Shown: positions 35,415 through 45,269 of the stretch, piece after piece | How the letters are laid out: every line of letters starts with the position of its first letter | How positions within the stretch are numbered: the first letter of the stretch is position 1 | Virus record (IMG/VR): IMGVR_UViG_3300031951_000243 | Span: 1 to 50,552 of that record | Source: a virus | Lineage: Duplodnaviria; Caudoviricetes | Reading direction: 5' to 3' (one strand) | DNA length: 50,552 nt | Program-made: the position numbers and the translations under genes | The notes under the pieces: model-generated | Databases searched by the model: none | Seen by the model: only the letters and a program-made list of their open reading frames with translations | Told to the model about the DNA's origin: nothing

Positions 35415-35815
35415 AGTTTTGCTCCTGCAACCCGGTACTTTTCTTTAAGCCCGAACCGCTCCCATAGTCTTGCTGCCGATTCACGAGACGCACCTTCGAT
35501 GTAAGTTGCGCCAAATGCTTTTAACAAATCAGAAAATTGCGTGTAAGTTTCTTGGCCTGTAATTAACCTGCCACCCATCGTTACAACAAAAGCGACTCTA
35601 TCGTTCGGACGGTTGTAAAACATTACTGTTGCAGCGCCGTGAACATTACCCACATCATCTAGGGCAACTATCAATGTCCAAGTGCCGTTTGTTACATATA
35701 CTTTAGCGTGCTCTACGTTGTAGTCGTCTTGATACGCCAAGGCCGCTTCGATGAATTTCTCCACCTGCGGCCATATTTGATTCACATAATTAATGTCTAC
35801 GTGCTGAATTCTCAT
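35411..35815 (-). CDS. GNAT-fold-like virion assembly protein
   Basis: Size, position before ejection proteins, and GATYIEG..R..ARLW.RFG pattern. Confidence 0.55.
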   Translation of the reverse strand: MRIQHVDINYVNQIWPQVEKFIEAALAYQDDYNVEHAKVYVTNGTWTLIVALDDVGNVHGAATVMFYNRPNDRVAFVVTMGGRLITGQETYTQFSDLLKAFGATYIEGASRESAARLWERFGLKEKYRVAGAKL

Positions 35816-37512
35816 GCAGGCAAATGTTTATCCGCTCTAGTATTTGTTGCAACTCGATTCTTACCAACTGTCTTACGCCGCGCTTTCTGCACTCGATCCA
35901 TCATGGCGTAAAGTTTACGAGCGCCAGCTTCAGTTGACCCATTACCTAGTTCAGACACGATGCGGGCGGGCACTACAAACTCACCATCAGCGAGACGAGC
36001 AGGTTGACGGTTGCCAATAACAGCAGGGATAGAATCAGAAACTCCATCACCGGGCCCTTTCAACAAACGACCACCATCGGAATAGCCACCAAGATCAGAC
36101 AAGCCGCCCATAGCAAACTTCTGTTCCCCAGTGTATGCACCTACTGCTGGGCCTTCACCGGGGGATATAACATTAACCGCCTCTGGACGCTGCACCATTG
36201 GGTTGCTATATAGCGCCGTTTGCAGCCCTGCTTGCGGGTACATCATATTGCCACCTACGGAGTTTTGCGCAGACATCGTCTCAACTGGGCCGCCAACTGC
36301 TAACCCCATAATCCCGCCTTCGGCTGCTTTTTTGTATTCCGGCCCCGGTGCAGCGTATGGTTTTTGTGCGGTGAATGTATCGTTGAAATAAAGTCGTTCA
36401 GCACTCGAACCCGGCGCTGCTGAATAGATGGGTGCACCCATATCAAACACGCCCGGACGGGTTTCTCGAGTAAATGTATATGGGCGAATTAACCCCGGCG
36501 ACCCTTCTGGTGGTTTCTCTTCGTCAGGTTTTAGCGCGTTGTATGCCATGTACGCCGCCCCTGCTGTTGCCATCGGGTGCTCTTTAGCGTAATCAATTGC
36601 CGCATCTACGCTTGGGTCTTTTACTAAATTACCAAGATTTTGCAGGAAGTTCTGCCCTTTTATGATGGGTGATGCTGGGGTGTAGGGCGCTGGACCTGCT
36701 GCCAACCCCGGAGAAGCTTTTGCTGCCCCACCAGCTACGTTCTCCGTAATTGCCTCTAGCATCTTGGCTTGGGTGTTTGCAAGGTTTGCATCCGCCGCAG
36801 CTTTATTTAGCGCCGTATTTATTGTTTGTGTAGTACCGCCACCTATCACATTAGCCTTCGCTGCTTGCGCTAATGGGGCATTAAACGCGCTAGGGGAAAG
36901 AGAACCAAGACCGCCCGCCACATTTTGGTTAATAGCGTTCAACATACTACCCTGCATATTGGCAAGGTTTGTACTAGCGGCGAGTTGGTTTGCTCCAAAT
37001 AACGGGTTTGCGCCTGCGGCTTGTAGAAGGGGTGTCGAAGCAGCAGGGATTGTTTGCACAGCACCGGCAAGTGACGGGACTGCACCTGTGATGCCTGAAC
37101 CAAGTCCCGGTATGACTGTGCCAGCAGGAAGTCCGCCCAAAGCAGGTGCAGCGTTAGCAAAAATACTACCTAAACCTGTCGCAGCACTTTTAGCTGCAAC
37201 GGTGGGGATGACGGTACCTGCTGACAAACCACCCAACGCAGGGGCAGCAGCACTGAAAATACCCGGAGCAGCAGCACCTAACCCAGCTGCCGTTGTAGCC
37301 GCAGGAGCTGCCGCCAGCAAACTCGCACTAGCAGGCAACGTAGAAGCCATACCCCCGAGGGCATTTAGACCAAGCCCCCCAAGAACCCCTGAACTCGCTG
37401 CGCCTGTTCCCAGAATAGTACCTGCGGATAAACCCGTAGCAAGGGCACCGCCCGTGGCAGCAGCACCGGCAGCAGTGCCGCCAGCAGCAGCAAGAGGGGC
37501 TAAAAAGGCCAT
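35812..37512 (-). CDS. Ala/Gly-rich virion (ejection) protein
   Basis: Low-complexity N-terminus; C-terminal GPGDGVSDSIPA...LADGEFVVPA domain. Confidence 0.65.
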   Translation of the reverse strand: MAFLAPLAAAGGTAAGAAATGGALATGLSAGTILGTGAASSGVLGGLGLNALGGMASTLPASASLLAAAPAATTAAGLGAAAPGIFSAAAPALGGLSAGTVIPTVAAKSAATGLGSIFANAAPALGGLPAGTVIPGLGSGITGAVPSLAGAVQTIPAASTPLLQAAGANPLFGANQLAASTNLANMQGSMLNAINQNVAGGLGSLSPSAFNAPLAQAAKANVIGGGTTQTINTALNKAAADANLANTQAKMLEAITENVAGGAAKASPGLAAGPAPYTPASPIIKGQNFLQNLGNLVKDPSVDAAIDYAKEHPMATAGAAYMAYNALKPDEEKPPEGSPGLIRPYTFTRETRPGVFDMGAPIYSAAPGSSAERLYFNDTFTAQKPYAAPGPEYKKAAEGGIMGLAVGGPVETMSAQNSVGGNMMYPQAGLQTALYSNPMVQRPEAVNVISPGEGPAVGAYTGEQKFAMGGLSDLGGYSDGGRLLKGPGDGVSDSIPAVIGNRQPARLADGEFVVPARIVSELGNGSTEAGARKLYAMMDRVQKARRKTVGKNRVATNTRADKHLPA

Positions 37513-37562
37513 GATTTCACCTCAATGTCAATTGCAAGAAGTTTAGCACTTCAGCACGCTAA

Positions 37563-37883
37563 TTACCCAACTTTCCAATCGGTTCCGTCAGAATAAACCG
37601 GCACTTTTGTGCTGCCCCCTCCAGCCACTGTGGTGCCAAATGTTGATACCGACGAGTCAATAACAAACGCTCTTGCTCCTGCACCAAGCGCAGCCGCTCC
37701 GGGTAGTGTTGCTACTGTGAAAACGCCACTCAAACAAAACTGCGCGGCAATATTGTCAACCGTAGCGAAGTACTGGCGCAGAATATTGTTGAGAGTATCG
37801 TGGTATGCGCGGTCATACTGAACTGGCGCAAACGGCAACAGCGGTGTGCTGGTAAGTGCTATGGTTTTTAAGCGGGTTGTCAT
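37563..37883 (-). CDS. Small virion protein
   Basis: TVATLP...VPVYSDGTDW motif. Confidence 0.6.
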   Translation of the reverse strand: MTTRLKTIALTSTPLLPFAPVQYDRAYHDTLNNILRQYFATVDNIAAQFCLSGVFTVATLPGAAALGAGARAFVIDSSVSTFGTTVAGGGSTKVPVYSDGTDWKVG

Positions 37884-40064
37884 TTATTGTCGTCCGTCTG
37901 GTCGAACATCGATACGGGGTACGCCTAGTTGCCACTGTGTGCCAAGCGTATCTGAACTAACCTTAAACGCCATCTGTCGCCCACGAATCCTGCTGTACAC
38001 AATCTCGGTAAATTCCTGCACGGTGTAGGTTGTCTGACCAGCGTAGCTCTGCGCTGATTTGACTGTTGGCGATGGAGATACACCATACCCTGATCCCGGG
38101 TTCTGCCGAGGACGTACCGTAAACTGGACTGCTGGATTTACTGTTGTGGAGCCTGTGGTGTTAGAACCATCAAAGGTAATGTCGGGGATGATCCGCCACA
38201 CAAACCCATAGTTATGCCCGTCGTTAATATCAAAGTCGGATGACTGCACGTACGCATTGATCGGGCTTGGTGGGTTTGTAGTGCCGTCATCAATCGCCGC
38301 CTCGTGGTACACCATCAAGTTCTTACCTGTAGTCGCAACAGGGAACTGCCGCAGCGGGGAGTCAAGCCATGCCGTGCGATCCATTGAGCCGTAATACCAA
38401 ACACGGTCAAGGTAGTTGAAAATTACATAGCGGTCAATGATGTCTGAATTAGCAGAACAGTAGAACCACCAGACCTCTGAGTACCCCTCGTTGGTGCCCG
38501 CCTGAATTTGCGCAAACTGATTGCGGTTAATATCGTTGTAGATATACGTGCGCACCGAGCATGGCAACGTCTCAACCCGACCAGAGTAGATATAAAACTT
38601 GTCCACCCCCATCCAGTACACAACGCCAGACGCGGTTGCCATAGCGTTGGGCGAAGCGATTGAAATGTTGTCAGCGAGTAGTGTGATCTGCCAAACCAGC
38701 GGCGGGCCAATATACTGCATGGCGTAGATAGCCGCATCTGTCCAGACGTTAATTTCCTGTCGGGTTTGCAATGCCCCAACGATCTGTGAACCATGCGATA
38801 GCCGCTGATCACCTGCTTGGTTGGTAGCTTGCGGCTCCCAAACTGTATAGCTTTCTTGCGCAGACCAACGAATCTGCATCGGATCAAGCTCAGTCGTTGC
38901 GTACGTACCGCTCGGGTCGTTACAACCAAAACAAATGACGATCCGCGACTGATCCGATACAAGGATTTCATTGATGAGAGACGGCGTATATGTGCCGGAT
39001 ACAACGGTGCCGCGAGTGCCGTAGGCAGGAGTTGAGCCTGAACCCGGTGCCCACTCATATAAAGAGCCGCCACGCGGGTTAAACAGCAGAATTTCACCAA
39101 AGTTAGATTGACTCCAAAGCCGCAGCTGTAAGCCAAAACCGGTGGTAAACCCAGAACCCCACGTACCACGCGACCATGATCCTGTACCCCAACCAGTACC
39201 TATGGTGTATATGGGGTAGCCTGTATTGATCTGATACGCAGCGTCAGTCGCCGATCCTCCAGTACCCGAATCAGACGCATTGGAAAAAACAGTAAAGTAC
39301 AGTGCCTGAAGCCCGGTGCCTTCGCTAGTTAACGTAATTGGTGCGCCGCCACTTGTCAGCGACAGTTGGCAAGTATTACCAGCAACATTCACCAAGTAAT
39401 ACGTAACGGCGTAGTTCAATCCACCCGGAGCGCCAGCGCCTCCACCAATTACCAGCGCGACAGTATCGCCGTTAGCCATCACGGTACCGACTGGCAGTGA
39501 GATAGTGGACGTTGTTGTGTTTACCGTGAAGTTAAGCCCAGCGACAGACGTGCCCGCTGCACGGGCCACAATCGTATATACCGTCCCAGATGTAACGGAC
39601 TGTATTTGATACTCTTGGTCAAGAATAGTGTTAGTTATATTCCCGCCGAGACTTGCCGAGTTTGAAAATGTGACAAAGTCGCCAGCTTGCAAACTAGACG
39701 CACTAGAGTCAGTAACGGTAATAAACGGAGAAAAAGGTGAAGACGTAACCGCTGCAAAAGTAGTTGAATTTAAGTTAGTCACACGAATAGGTGTGATGTC
39801 GTAGTACACGCCACCGTTCTCAACATAAAACTTTGCATTAGTGCCAACGCCCATCAGGTTAAAACCTTTGAGCGTTACCCAGTTCCACAATGAGCGGCAG
39901 TAACCAAGAAAGGTAGTGTAAGTTTCAACCGCCCATCCACCTATCTTTTCAGGGAAGCCCGAACGAAAGCGAACCTTATCGCAGTCATACCAACCACCTT
40001 CGTTGGCAAGCGTAGTCCCTTCACGGTTTACGCCGGGGCGAAATTGTAGTTTCTGTAGGGGCAC
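37884..40064 (-). CDS. Tail nozzle / head-stabilisation (tail tubular B-like) protein
   Basis: KVRFRSGFPEKIGGW, IRWSxQE, VYWMG and EVWWFY; beta-propeller-like composition. Confidence 0.75.
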   Translation of the reverse strand: MPLQKLQFRPGVNREGTTLANEGGWYDCDKVRFRSGFPEKIGGWAVETYTTFLGYCRSLWNWVTLKGFNLMGVGTNAKFYVENGGVYYDITPIRVTNLNSTTFAAVTSSPFSPFITVTDSSASSLQAGDFVTFSNSASLGGNITNTILDQEYQIQSVTSGTVYTIVARAAGTSVAGLNFTVNTTTSTISLPVGTVMANGDTVALVIGGGAGAPGGLNYAVTYYLVNVAGNTCQLSLTSGGAPITLTSEGTGLQALYFTVFSNASDSGTGGSATDAAYQINTGYPIYTIGTGWGTGSWSRGTWGSGFTTGFGLQLRLWSQSNFGEILLFNPRGGSLYEWAPGSGSTPAYGTRGTVVSGTYTPSLINEILVSDQSRIVICFGCNDPSGTYATTELDPMQIRWSAQESYTVWEPQATNQAGDQRLSHGSQIVGALQTRQEINVWTDAAIYAMQYIGPPLVWQITLLADNISIASPNAMATASGVVYWMGVDKFYIYSGRVETLPCSVRTYIYNDINRNQFAQIQAGTNEGYSEVWWFYCSANSDIIDRYVIFNYLDRVWYYGSMDRTAWLDSPLRQFPVATTGKNLMVYHEAAIDDGTTNPPSPINAYVQSSDFDINDGHNYGFVWRIIPDITFDGSNTTGSTTVNPAVQFTVRPRQNPGSGYGVSPSPTVKSAQSYAGQTTYTVQEFTEIVYSRIRGRQMAFKVSSDTLGTQWQLGVPRIDVRPDGRQ

Positions 40065-40073
40065 GGCGGCTCC

Positions 40074-41156
40074 TTACGTCTTGATGATGAAGTTGATGCC
40101 GAGATATGGAGGCATGTTTGCGTTAGTGCCGGATGAACCTTCTGTGCTGTTAGATACAGAAATCCCAGTGCCCACGGTTGTAGTTGCCTGTGTTTTGTTT
40201 GTCGCATCCTGTCGATCACCACCGCCCCAAGCAGGGTTTGTATTGCCAGCGTTAGAGCCACGCCAGACATTTAACGTCATGCTATGCGAGTGCCCCGGAT
40301 CAGTGACCGTTGCTGTGTGGGTGTGGCTTACAACAATCGCGTCTTTGGAGCCGCCTGTAGCGCCGATTGAAGCAGCGATAGTGTTTGCCCCAATAGGCAT
40401 CCTGTCCCGATAGTCGGGTAAATTAAAGGTTGTAGTCGTGTCTCCTGCGCCAAACGTCGTACCAATCACAGCAAACAAAGCTGCATAGGTGGTGCGAGAT
40501 ACCGCCGCACCGTTACATAACAGCCATCCAGTAGGCGCGGTACCAGTGGACCACATAGTAAGTACCCCAGTAGGAACACCACTAGCAACCGCTGAGTCTA
40601 CGTATTGTTTGGGAGCCGCTTGTAATGCGAGTGTTGGATTAGCATTAAGCGTTACCGTGCTGCCAAATGTAGCTGCACCAGAAAAAGTAGTTGCCCCGCC
40701 AACACTAAAACCGCCTACAACCTGATTTAATTGTTCAACGATATTTGTGCCGTCCGAGCGCAAAAGAACCGATTTGCCTGCGGGAACCGCAACACCCGTA
40801 CCCGCTGCCGTAGTATTGCCAAGAACTGTAGAGCAGTAGACTGTAGCCGTATAGGTAGAGTCTGTATTACGTACAACGTACAACTTAGTAACCGGGGGTA
40901 CATAAACATTAAAGTTAGCGGGAGAACCCCATGCACCTATTGAGAGGTCTATCGCAGCACACCGTGCTTCATCCGCCGATCCGTTTGATGCAGTTAAAGC
41001 TTGATTAGCAGAGGTAACTGAAACTGAAGCCCGTCCAGCAATAGCATCTTCAATCAGCGTGCCAAGATTAGTGTTGGTCGTAGTTCCCCACGTACCTGAC
41101 TGTTCGCCGTTGGCAATGAGTTCGATCCGTAGATCGGGAGAGTATGTACTAGGCAT
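40074..41156 (-). CDS. Tail fibre with tail-collar domain
   Basis: GEQSGTWG N-terminus; PTGWLLCNGAAVSRTTYAALFAVIGTTFG..FNLPD; NMPPYLGINFIIKT. Confidence 0.88.
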   Translation of the reverse strand: MPSTYSPDLRIELIANGEQSGTWGTTTNTNLGTLIEDAIAGRASVSVTSANQALTASNGSADEARCAAIDLSIGAWGSPANFNVYVPPVTKLYVVRNTDSTYTATVYCSTVLGNTTAAGTGVAVPAGKSVLLRSDGTNIVEQLNQVVGGFSVGGATTFSGAATFGSTVTLNANPTLALQAAPKQYVDSAVASGVPTGVLTMWSTGTAPTGWLLCNGAAVSRTTYAALFAVIGTTFGAGDTTTTFNLPDYRDRMPIGANTIAASIGATGGSKDAIVVSHTHTATVTDPGHSHSMTLNVWRGSNAGNTNPAWGGGDRQDATNKTQATTTVGTGISVSNSTEGSSGTNANMPPYLGINFIIKT

Positions 41157-41158
41157 CG

Positions 41159-41419
41159 CTATTCCTTACTTTTGCCTGACGGCGTTGTATTGTTTAAGGC
41201 AGGTTTTAAGCTCTGATTGGAGTTCTGCTGCGAGGGCAGATTCCCCTGCAAAAGCTTCTGCGTGTTCCCTATAAAGTCGTGCTCCAGTACACCATCCCGA
41301 GGCATCGGTAAGTCCGGCAGTACTGGACATGGCACCATCTTGGGCGGGGCGCTCCGGCCTGTCGCGCAAGCTGTTAGTAAGAGCGGTAGCGCGAGCATTA
41401 ATATTCCTGATTTCCGCAT
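41159..41419 (-). CDS. Rz1: o-spanin lipoprotein, largely embedded in Rz
   Basis: Lipobox LLTAC; Pro-rich; alternative frame within the i-spanin gene. Confidence 0.75.
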   Translation of the reverse strand: MRKSGILMLALPLLLTACATGRSAPPKMVPCPVLPDLPMPRDGVLEHDFIGNTQKLLQGNLPSQQNSNQSLKPALNNTTPSGKSKE

Positions 41420-41648
41420 CTTTCTCTCTCCGTAGCTTGTCCGCCGCCTGTTGCATTTCTTGCTCACGTTGTCGGGCTTCTTCCTGCCCCTTGGCGTAAG
41501 CGGCGTACTGCTCAGCCTTCTCTTTATCCCACGCCTGCTGCACCTCGGCTTTGCCCGCAGAATTGCCTTTATAATACCCGCCCCCAGCCGCACCGGCAAT
41601 CGCCAGTACGAGCGTCAACAGCACCCACGGGTTGAAAAACGCAGTCAC
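41166..41648 (-). CDS. Rz: i-spanin
   Basis: N-terminal TM, coiled coil and C-terminal Cys residues; overlaps the lipoprotein gene. Confidence 0.8.
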   Translation of the reverse strand: MTAFFNPWVLLTLVLAIAGAAGGGYYKGNSAGKAEVQQAWDKEKAEQYAAYAKGQEEARQREQEMQQAADKLRREKDAEIRNINARATALTNSLRDRPERPAQDGAMSSTAGLTDASGWCTGARLYREHAEAFAGESALAAELQSELKTCLKQYNAVRQK

Positions 41649-41830
41649 TTAGTAGGCACCTTGGTAGCGTCTAATTTCTTGTGGACTCGGACTTCTCTAC
41701 AGACCTGCACTTCCTTACCCTTCTTGTCCTTCTGGGCGTTGCAGACCTTCTTGGTCTCGGCAGCGTGAATCTGGAAAGCCAAGACAGCACTTAGTAAAAC
41801 AGTAACAGCCATGCGTAGGTAGATAAACAT
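41645..41830 (-). CDS. Small exported basic protein
   Basis: Signal peptide (IHA-AE), two Cys, Lys-rich. Confidence 0.6.
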   Translation of the reverse strand: MFIYLRMAVTVLLSAVLAFQIHAAETKKVCNAQKDKKGKEVQVCREVRVHKKLDATKVPTK

Positions 41831-42300
41831 TACGAAATCTCCGGGTGAGGTGGTTGCACTGGGGCTGGTTTGCCGCCATAGCCTGTGGCTACAGACGGCG
41901 CTGAACTGATAGGGTCGATGGTTGGCTCCATACGCACGGGTGTTTGCGTAGGTGCAGGTGCCTTGGGGGCGGGTGGCGTCGGCTTATCGTCACGCTCTTC
42001 TTTGGTAGACAGGCCGGGCGGTACAAACTGCTGGAGCGCATCTTTGCCCTTAACCGCCAACAACGTAGCCAGTGAGCCAAGAATATATTTGCTCATGTCT
42101 GACAGGATCAGGAAGAACTGCTTGTCCGCTGGGGCCATTCCGCTCATCGGTTGCTCGACGAATACGACTGAATACAAGCTCACACCCACCATGATAATCA
42201 CGGTGCAGCAGAACGTAACCGCGATACAGAACTTAATTACTGCATCGTGTTGTTCCTGCGTCATTGCAAGGAACTGGCTTATTAGTTTTAGCGGGTTCAT
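41830..42300 (-). CDS. Two-TM membrane protein, holin candidate
   Basis: Two hydrophobic segments and a Pro-rich tail; within the lysis cassette. Confidence 0.55.
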   Translation of the reverse strand: MNPLKLISQFLAMTQEQHDAVIKFCIAVTFCCTVIIMVGVSLYSVVFVEQPMSGMAPADKQFFLILSDMSKYILGSLATLLAVKGKDALQQFVPPGLSTKEERDDKPTPPAPKAPAPTQTPVRMEPTIDPISSAPSVATGYGGKPAPVQPPHPEIS

Positions 42301-42484
42301 TGGGTTCCTCTTTCAGCATTTCCGGTTTGAGCAACTGATCCGGGCAGGTTCCTGTTACAGCACATTGTGGGCGTTGGCATCGCGGTTTGTCCCAGTTTTC
42401 GGGGTTCTGACAAAAGTACCGAACCCGCTCACACCCACTAAGCCAAACGACTGCCAGTATCAAGCATAGCCAACGCAATTTCAT
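42233..42484 (-). CDS. Small Cys-rich lipoprotein
   Basis: Lipobox LSGC; RYFCQxPxNW..C.RP.C...G.CP. Confidence 0.65.
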   Translation of the reverse strand: MKLRWLCLILAVVWLSGCERVRYFCQNPENWDKPRCQRPQCAVTGTCPDQLLKPEMLKEEPNEPAKTNKPVPCNDAGTTRCSN

Positions 42485-43091
42485 AGTGATGCTCCCTATC
42501 TGCCAATCCAATATAGCCACCGTTAATCGCACGGGTTAAGCCTTTGAAGTCGTTGCCATCCACAAACTTATTCAACTTGTTCGTCTCCCAGAACCAGCAC
42601 GCGCTCTGGGCTGCGCCCTCGAAGGTCTCCAAGTATTCAGCCGCTTCTTCTGGCGTGATTTCCAACGACGCTGCGAACCAAAAATAGTTGTCCTTGCCAG
42701 TTAGCTGCAAAATCCCTCTTCCCCGGTAGGCAAAGCCCTCGGCAGACGCCTCATCCCCATTACCCATCCTGTTAGCGTATACCCGGCTGGCGATCTTCTT
42801 AGGGTTACGTTCGTACTGCTTGGCAAGCTCAAGAGTCGGGAAGTACTTCGGGAACACGCGCATGAGCCCTGACGCTGAGTAGTTCAGGTTCTCAGTCACA
42901 AACACAAAGCCGCCTGACTCGTGTCCACACTGTGCCAAGAAAGCCGCAACGCGCTTCGGGGTGTTGACCTGATACTCATCTAGGAGAGACTTGCCACCAA
43001 ACTCAGTCTGCGGGCCGAACAGCGTGTCGTACCACTGCTGGGCATACTTAGTATGCGGGGCGAACTTCTTGAACTGTGCCAACGTAATCAT
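42438..43091 (-). CDS. Glycoside hydrolase family 19 endolysin
   Basis: FLAQCGHESGG, ENLNYS, YRGRGILQLTGKDNY and INGG..GLADR. Confidence 0.93.
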   Translation of the reverse strand: MITLAQFKKFAPHTKYAQQWYDTLFGPQTEFGGKSLLDEYQVNTPKRVAAFLAQCGHESGGFVFVTENLNYSASGLMRVFPKYFPTLELAKQYERNPKKIASRVYANRMGNGDEASAEGFAYRGRGILQLTGKDNYFWFAASLEITPEEAAEYLETFEGAAQSACWFWETNKLNKFVDGNDFKGLTRAINGGYIGLADREHHYEIALAMLDTGSRLA

Positions 43092-43393
43092 CTGTCGTAC
43101 ATCCTCTCAATCAGTATCTCTTTGCGCAGTTCCCGCATCTTTCTTACCTCATGCACCGCCGCTTGGGTTGCGTAGTACATGTCGTAGTACATAAACGCCA
43201 AGACCGGCATCACAATAAAGAACATCAGCACCACTGCCAGCACGACAGTAATCAGTGACCAAGGGACGTTCTCGTAATCATGCTTCTTGTCGTTAGCCAC
43301 ATTAGACCCACCGCCCATACTATTACGAAGAGTACTGCCGAAACCCACATTGCCTTTGCCCTGATTTCCGCTATTCTTTTTCTGCGTCGCCAT
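43088..43393 (-). CDS. Single-TM protein (holin/antiholin candidate); start uncertain
   Basis: Long hydrophobic segment; coupled to the endolysin start. Confidence 0.55.
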   Translation of the reverse strand: MATQKKNSGNQGKGNVGFGSTLRNSMGGGSNVANDKKHDYENVPWSLITVVLAVVLMFFIVMPVLAFMYYDMYYATQAAVHEVRKMRELRKEILIERMYDR

Positions 43394-43938
43394 GTTGCTA
43401 TCTGTGCCAGTCTAAGTTCCTCTGCGTGGGCTATCTCCTGCTCGGCAATGATCTCCTGCCGCATCTCATCAAACTTGCTCCACAGCGCACCCAACTCCGG
43501 TGGGGCTTTGTACACCATAGTCTCTCTGACCTCGGCCCATATCGCATCCAGCCTTGAGTTGATCAGTATCCGGCGCAACGCCCGCTTACCTATGCTGTCG
43601 TCCCCCTTGTATACCGTCTTTGCTTCTAACTGCTCCTTCAACAACAGCTTGGCAATCTCGTCATGCGTATCCATCAAAGCGCCTAACTGAGTGCCGATGT
43701 CGGTGAATACGTCGTTCGGATCAGCCTTTGCTATCTGTTGAACTCGTTCAACCTCCGCCAGATATTGCTGCTTTTGAGTTGTTGTCGGGTTGGTTAGGTT
43801 GTCGTATTGCGCCTTTAAGTCTTTCAGTACATCGCTAACATCCCCCGCCGCGCCCTTGATGTCTTTGTAAAGTTTGCAACCAGCCTTTACTGCGGCGACA
43901 GCGGCATTTGCAGCGGCGAGTAGCGTTAACGGGTCAAT
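43252..43938 (-). CDS. 228-aa coiled-coil membrane protein with an apparent ATT start
   Basis: Frame is open 87 codons upstream of the ORF-track start: GGAGG-TATAA-ATT GAC CCG (xDPLTLLAAANAAV...). C-terminal TM. Confidence 0.65.
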   Translation of the reverse strand: MDPLTLLAAANAAVAAVKAGCKLYKDIKGAAGDVSDVLKDLKAQYDNLTNPTTTQKQQYLAEVERVQQIAKADPNDVFTDIGTQLGALMDTHDEIAKLLLKEQLEAKTVYKGDDSIGKRALRRILINSRLDAIWAEVRETMVYKAPPELGALWSKFDEMRQEIIAEQEIAHAEELRLAQIATWRRRKRIAEIRAKAMWVSAVLFVIVWAVGLMWLTTRSMITRTSLGH

Positions 43939-44304
43939 TTATACCTCCGGTTTTGGGTACTTTGCTTTCACCGCCAGACAGTCCGCTATGTACTTAGCTA
44001 TTTGCACCTGATCACCTTTTACAACCCCATCAAGATAATCCGCCATTGGTGGGTATTCCATAGCCCGCTTCTCAGCGTATGTCCATTCTAGCTCTGGTTC
44101 TGGCTCGGATTCTGGGTCTGACGGCGGGTCTTCAAACACCCATTCACCATTCCATTTTGCTAACTTGCCTTCAGGTATATCTGGGATAGAGGCATCAATC
44201 GTCCCAGCGGGGTATAAATAAACGCCCGGCTCTAATGGAGATTCATCGGCGACTGTCACCCCAAAAAAATAACCATCTTCATCTAGCTGAATTACTTGTT
44301 TCAT
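43939..44304 (-). CDS. Tail-fibre assembly/chaperone-like protein
   Basis: ADESPLEPGVYLxP..WNGEW; R..EYP..DYLD..VKAKYPK; follows the fibre genes. Confidence 0.7.
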   Translation of the reverse strand: MKQVIQLDEDGYFFGVTVADESPLEPGVYLYPAGTIDASIPDIPEGKLAKWNGEWVFEDPPSDPESEPEPELEWTYAEKRAMEYPPMADYLDGVVKGDQVQIAKYIADCLAVKAKYPKPEV

Positions 44305-44312
44305 AATCTACC

Positions 44313-45257
44313 CTAAAATTTAATACACGCTAACAAAGCCACGTTAGTTGGTCGAGATTCGCTCCCTGAAGGGCTACTATTACCTTGGTTCGCATCGCCA
44401 GTTGCTATACCCGAAAGGTTAGGTTTGAAGTTATTAATATTTATTGGGTTGTAGTTCCCGGATATAAAGTTTGAAGCGGATAAGTTTTGGGTTCTACTGG
44501 CGCTATTAATAACATAATGTCTATGCGACGTAATACCAGCACCCTGATTAGACCCAAACCCGCGCCCCGGATCAAGTCCACGTCCATCGTCCCACGAACG
44601 TATAAATCGCGCCCTAAGATCAGGTACATTAAAACTACTACCTCCACCACCGAATGTATAACCAATAGCAGCAAATAAATTAGGATAAGTAGCTGTTGAA
44701 AGTGAAGCCCCGTTTGCCTTCAGATAACCCGTGGGGGGTGTACTCGCCGCGTAGAAAATAACATCCCCAGTTGAAACCGAAAAATTAGCACTATTCGCCC
44801 ATATAGGCGCACCTGCGCCCCCAGAGGTAAGTATTTGCCCAGACGTACCAGCAGCTAACAACGAAAATACATTTGTACCTGACGCATACAATAATTGCCC
44901 CGTAGATGCCCCAAGCCCAAACGTATCTATAGTTGATCCATCTACACTCACCGAACGTGCTGCGGTATAGGTTACAAATACATCTTTAGTGCCGCTGGAA
45001 AAATTTGTCTTAGTCGGCGCACCTGCACTTGAAGCTAATACCGTGTCACGAGAAAGTGTTGTACCAGAAGCGGTGTACGTACCAATACCTACTTCCCACT
45101 CCGACGTACCCTGCCCAGCTATACAATAATAGGTGGTGTTGCCATCACCGATAACAGTAAAAGACTGAAAGCCCGTAACTGCGCCAAGAAGCGTAACGGC
45201 CCCTGTACCTGTAGTGGTAGTAGTTTCTTTTACACGATCCGTTAGTACTAAAGGCAT
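44313..45257 (-). CDS. Tail fibre / collar-domain protein, paralogue 3
   Basis: [13 protein letters not shown] N-terminus; collar PTGYLKANG..FNVPDLR..RxWDDGRG; [13 protein letters not shown]. Confidence 0.85.
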   Translation of the reverse strand: MPLVLTDRVKETTTTTGTGAVTLLGAVTGFQSFTVIGDGNTTYYCIAGQGTSEWEVGIGTYTASGTTLSRDTVLASSAGAPTKTNFSSGTKDVFVTYTAARSVSVDGSTIDTFGLGASTGQLLYASGTNVFSLLAAGTSGQILTSGGAGAPIWANSANFSVSTGDVIFYAASTPPTGYLKANGASLSTATYPNLFAAIGYTFGGGGSSFNVPDLRARFIRSWDDGRGLDPGRGFGSNQGAGITSHRHYVINSASRTQNLSASNFISGNYNPININNFKPNLSGIATGDANQGNSSPSGSESRPTNVALLACIKF

Positions 45258-45269
45258 CTTTATATATAG

